DNA of 64,000 nt from Heteronotia binoei (taxonomy: Eukaryota), in contig NC_083224.1 of the NCBI RefSeq assembly GCF_032191835.1, positions 51,708,001-51,772,000 of the forward strand. Reading direction: 5' to 3'. A model generated the notes under the pieces. That model was not told the origin of the DNA, searched no databases, and saw only the letters and a program-made list of their open reading frames with translations. A program made the translations under genes and the position numbers. Below are positions 61,601 through 64,000 of the stretch, piece after piece; positions within the stretch are counted from its first letter, which is position 1, and the number at the start of each line of letters is the position of its first letter.

Positions 61601-62700
61601 TTTTTTTCCATAGGTATATTCATTATTGTCTTGCTTTCAGAAACTTTCTGGGAGAGCATTTGAAAGTTGGGGTGCTGCTACATAAAAGGGTCTGTCTACC
61701 ACCTTTGAAGGGGGCACAAAACATTGCATCTTCTGAAGCCCTTAGCTGATGGGCAAGTTATCTATGTAGGGAAAGACAAAAATCCAGCAATGTGCAAAGT
61801 CCAGCACAAATGTATGTCTCTTAATGAAAACTCTGAACTGAATTAGGTACTGCTGTACTGATAAACATTTGTTCAGCATTCACATGTAACTGTAAATGTG
61901 TGTGTTGCTACCCAGGGATTGCCTTGGATTTAGGAGAGTATTTCCACCTGTGGAGCATGATGCCTCCTCCCTCCTGTGGGTTTGGTGGGGGGCATTTTGA
62001 ACTGTTTTCAGGGAGGTGGGCAGTGGTGCTCTGTGAGTGGAAAATCTTTGCTCCCGTAGAAAGATTGTTAACTTTGATCCTGATGAAAGGAAAGAGTGAT
62101 CTCATTGGCTACTTAGAGATCGATTGCAATAGTTCTTGAAGCCCTTGTGGTATACAGTTTACCTAATCTAGGGCCTTCTCGGTGGCAGCACCGGAATTGT
62201 GGAATGCTCTCCCTGAGGCCATAAGGGCCCTGCGGGATCTTTCCACTTTCCACAGGGCCTGTAAGACCGAATTGTTCTGACAGGCCTTTGATATCTAACT
62301 GGGAGAGAACTGCCACCCGACATCATTATAGAGTACTATGTGATCACCGTCAGAAAAGAAGTACTCGTTTATATTGTAGTGATACAGCACCACAAAATGG
62401 TTTTAAAATCTTAAATTGTAATTATGTTTTATTGGTTTTAACTTGTGAATATGAATGTTGTCAGCCGCCCTGAGTCCGCTTGTGGAGGGGGCGGGATAGA
62501 AATTTAAAGTAATAAATAAATAATCAGATGCATGGAATGCAGCTATGCAGAGGTAATAATTTCTAGTCTTTTGTTGGAATGTTGACAATCTCTTCCCCAA
62601 TTCAGTCAGCCCCAAAAGAAGTTTATGGCAAGAACGTTCTTTTTATCACTCCTTTTTCTTTCTCGTGTTTCCACCTTTCTGAAGATGATGCATCAATTTC
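55613..62700 (-). CDS. Candidate microexon-encoded C-terminus (exons 62675-62700, 61024-61029, 56549-56561, 55613-55642) of an unidentified gene upstream of the window
   Basis: Phases 2/2/0 chain to EIDASSSERSRDSVDDTQKGVTAL*. The 6- and 13-nt exons have consensus donors (gtgagt, gtaagg) and pyrimidine-rich acceptors. The first donor (AAG|gtggaa) is weak. Confidence 0.3.
56931..57762. mobile_element. Non-autonomous PIF/Harbinger-type element with internal hairpin tandem repeats (copy 2)
   Basis: GGCC ends, 3-bp TSD TAT, about 5 units of ~85-90 bp. Confidence 0.82.
58414..58594. mobile_element. Palindromic hAT MITE (CAGGGCT family)
   Basis: TIR CAGGGCTTTTTT / AAAAAAGCCCTG with a whole-element fold-back. 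Confidence 0.85.
61088..61385 (-). mobile_element. tRNA-derived squamate SINE
   Basis: Reverse complement of the 12372 family: (gaa)n tail and a gggaatcaaacccgg...ttaaccactacacca tRNA-like head. Confidence 0.85.
61484..61559. repeat. 39-bp tandem duplication
   Basis: ttatttaaagctgagatactgccatg(g/a)ccacacccat occurs twice. Confidence 0.9.
62130..62525 (+). mobile_element. L2-clade LINE 3' fragment (relative of 44375-47323)
   Basis: Encodes RAFSVAAPELWNALPEAIRALRDLSTFHRACKTELF. Ends cagccgccctgagtcc...gggcgggata and (aaat)n. Confidence 0.85.
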
Positions 62701-64000
62701 CTGGAATGACATACAATTATGAAAAAAGAACAGACAGAACAAACACTTCTACATTTACGAGAACAATGTGTTGTTGTTGTTTTTCAAGAAGTGGGTGGCC
62801 GTGAAGAAATCCATGATTGGTGAACTTCATTTTGGGACTTCAGCAATCATTTATTTATGTTACTGTAAAATTTGAGAGTTAATACAACATATTAACATTG
62901 TATCTGTTCTATACAGATTGCAAAAATCCCCTGAAAACCACTGAAAACAAACTGTGTGTTTTAAGTGCCTTATTAAAATGGTAAAGTCAGGAATTAGAAT
63001 TCTGATCCCCATCAGATGCCTTGATAGGGCCACTTATTATTTCAGATATGTTCACATTAAAGCTTTTGTTTCTGGGTATTTTAATTCTCCTTGGAAGATA
63101 ATAAAATCAATGAGCAGAAACACATCATAGACAAGAGAACATAGGTAGGAGTTTTCCCTGATGTAAGCATAAGTGCAATGACTTAGCAGAAGAAATACAG
63201 CTGATGTCAGCAGGGCTTTTCTGCCCTTAAGGAACAATGTGCTTAGAACCAGAAAGCAAATGAGTTTCCATAGGAGCAAAAAGAACAGGCCTGCAGTGTG
63301 GAGGTCAGCACAATCATTAACCTCTGAGAACAACCTTTCCTAAAGATTTCTGCTGCACCCTTAAAAGAAGGCACACCAGCCCTTTGGCAATATGTACAAA
63401 CAAAGATGCCCTGAAGTTTTGAGCAATGCCAGTTGATCCACAGTCTTCAGTCAGCATAAGCACACAACATCAAACTAAAAGAGAGTGAGAGAAATGGAAC
63501 TTTTTTTAAAATGTGTTTTCCTCTTGAAACCCTAGATCTTCATGAGGACCAAGTCTGTAATCCAGAGGGACAAGAGGAGTCAGCACTGAACTGGGCCTGT
63601 ACGTGAAGCATAGGGAGATGTGAGAGGCACAGTATGGCCCCGGTCTGCATTTCAGCTGTTTCTCCAGAAACTGCAAAATAATCATTGGGTTTATTGACCT
63701 AGGAGCATGATTCTTGCTTAGTTCCACATTTGACTCCCAGAAAAGTTTTGTTTGCTGAAACAGGGAGAGAGAGAAGCCACCTTAGAGAATTTTAAAGGGA
63801 GGAGACACAGATCAGTGGTAGAACACACGCTTTGTATGCACATGTCAAAGGTTCCATTCCCACCACATCCATATCAAAGGATCCCAAGTAGCAAGGGACT
63901 TAAGGCCACCTACCTGAAATCTTGGCCAGCTTCAGCCAATGAGAGGAAACAATACTAGACTACAAGGATCATTGGTAAGACTCTATAGGGAAATGTGAGC

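Overview
This is vertebrate (squamate, most likely gecko) genomic DNA, AT-rich and dominated by transposable elements. It has one assembly gap (41179-41354) and no host gene I can name. Well-supported content: (1) a decayed, 5'-truncated tyrosine-recombinase retrotransposon of the Ngaro/DIRS type on the minus strand (1-~3610), with a gag zinc finger, RT, RNase H, tyrosine recombinase and an extra SGNH-hydrolase ORF; (2) a young, near-intact L2-clade LINE (44375-47323, minus); (3) several CR1 and L2 3' fragments; (4) tRNA-type, Sauria and 5S-derived SINEs; (5) many hAT MITEs (8-bp TSDs) and PIF/Harbinger-type MITEs (3-bp TSDs), two of which carry arrays of alternating hairpins. Weaker and inferential: a series of very short exon-like segments with good splice sites on the minus strand (6, 8, 13, 24, 33 nt and others). 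I could chain some into open frames, suggesting the microexon-rich 3' end of a gene whose body lies beyond position 64000. There is also a CpG-retaining orphan ORF at 26801-27312. I found these exon chains by eye, so selection bias applies and they need RNA-seq or conservation tests.
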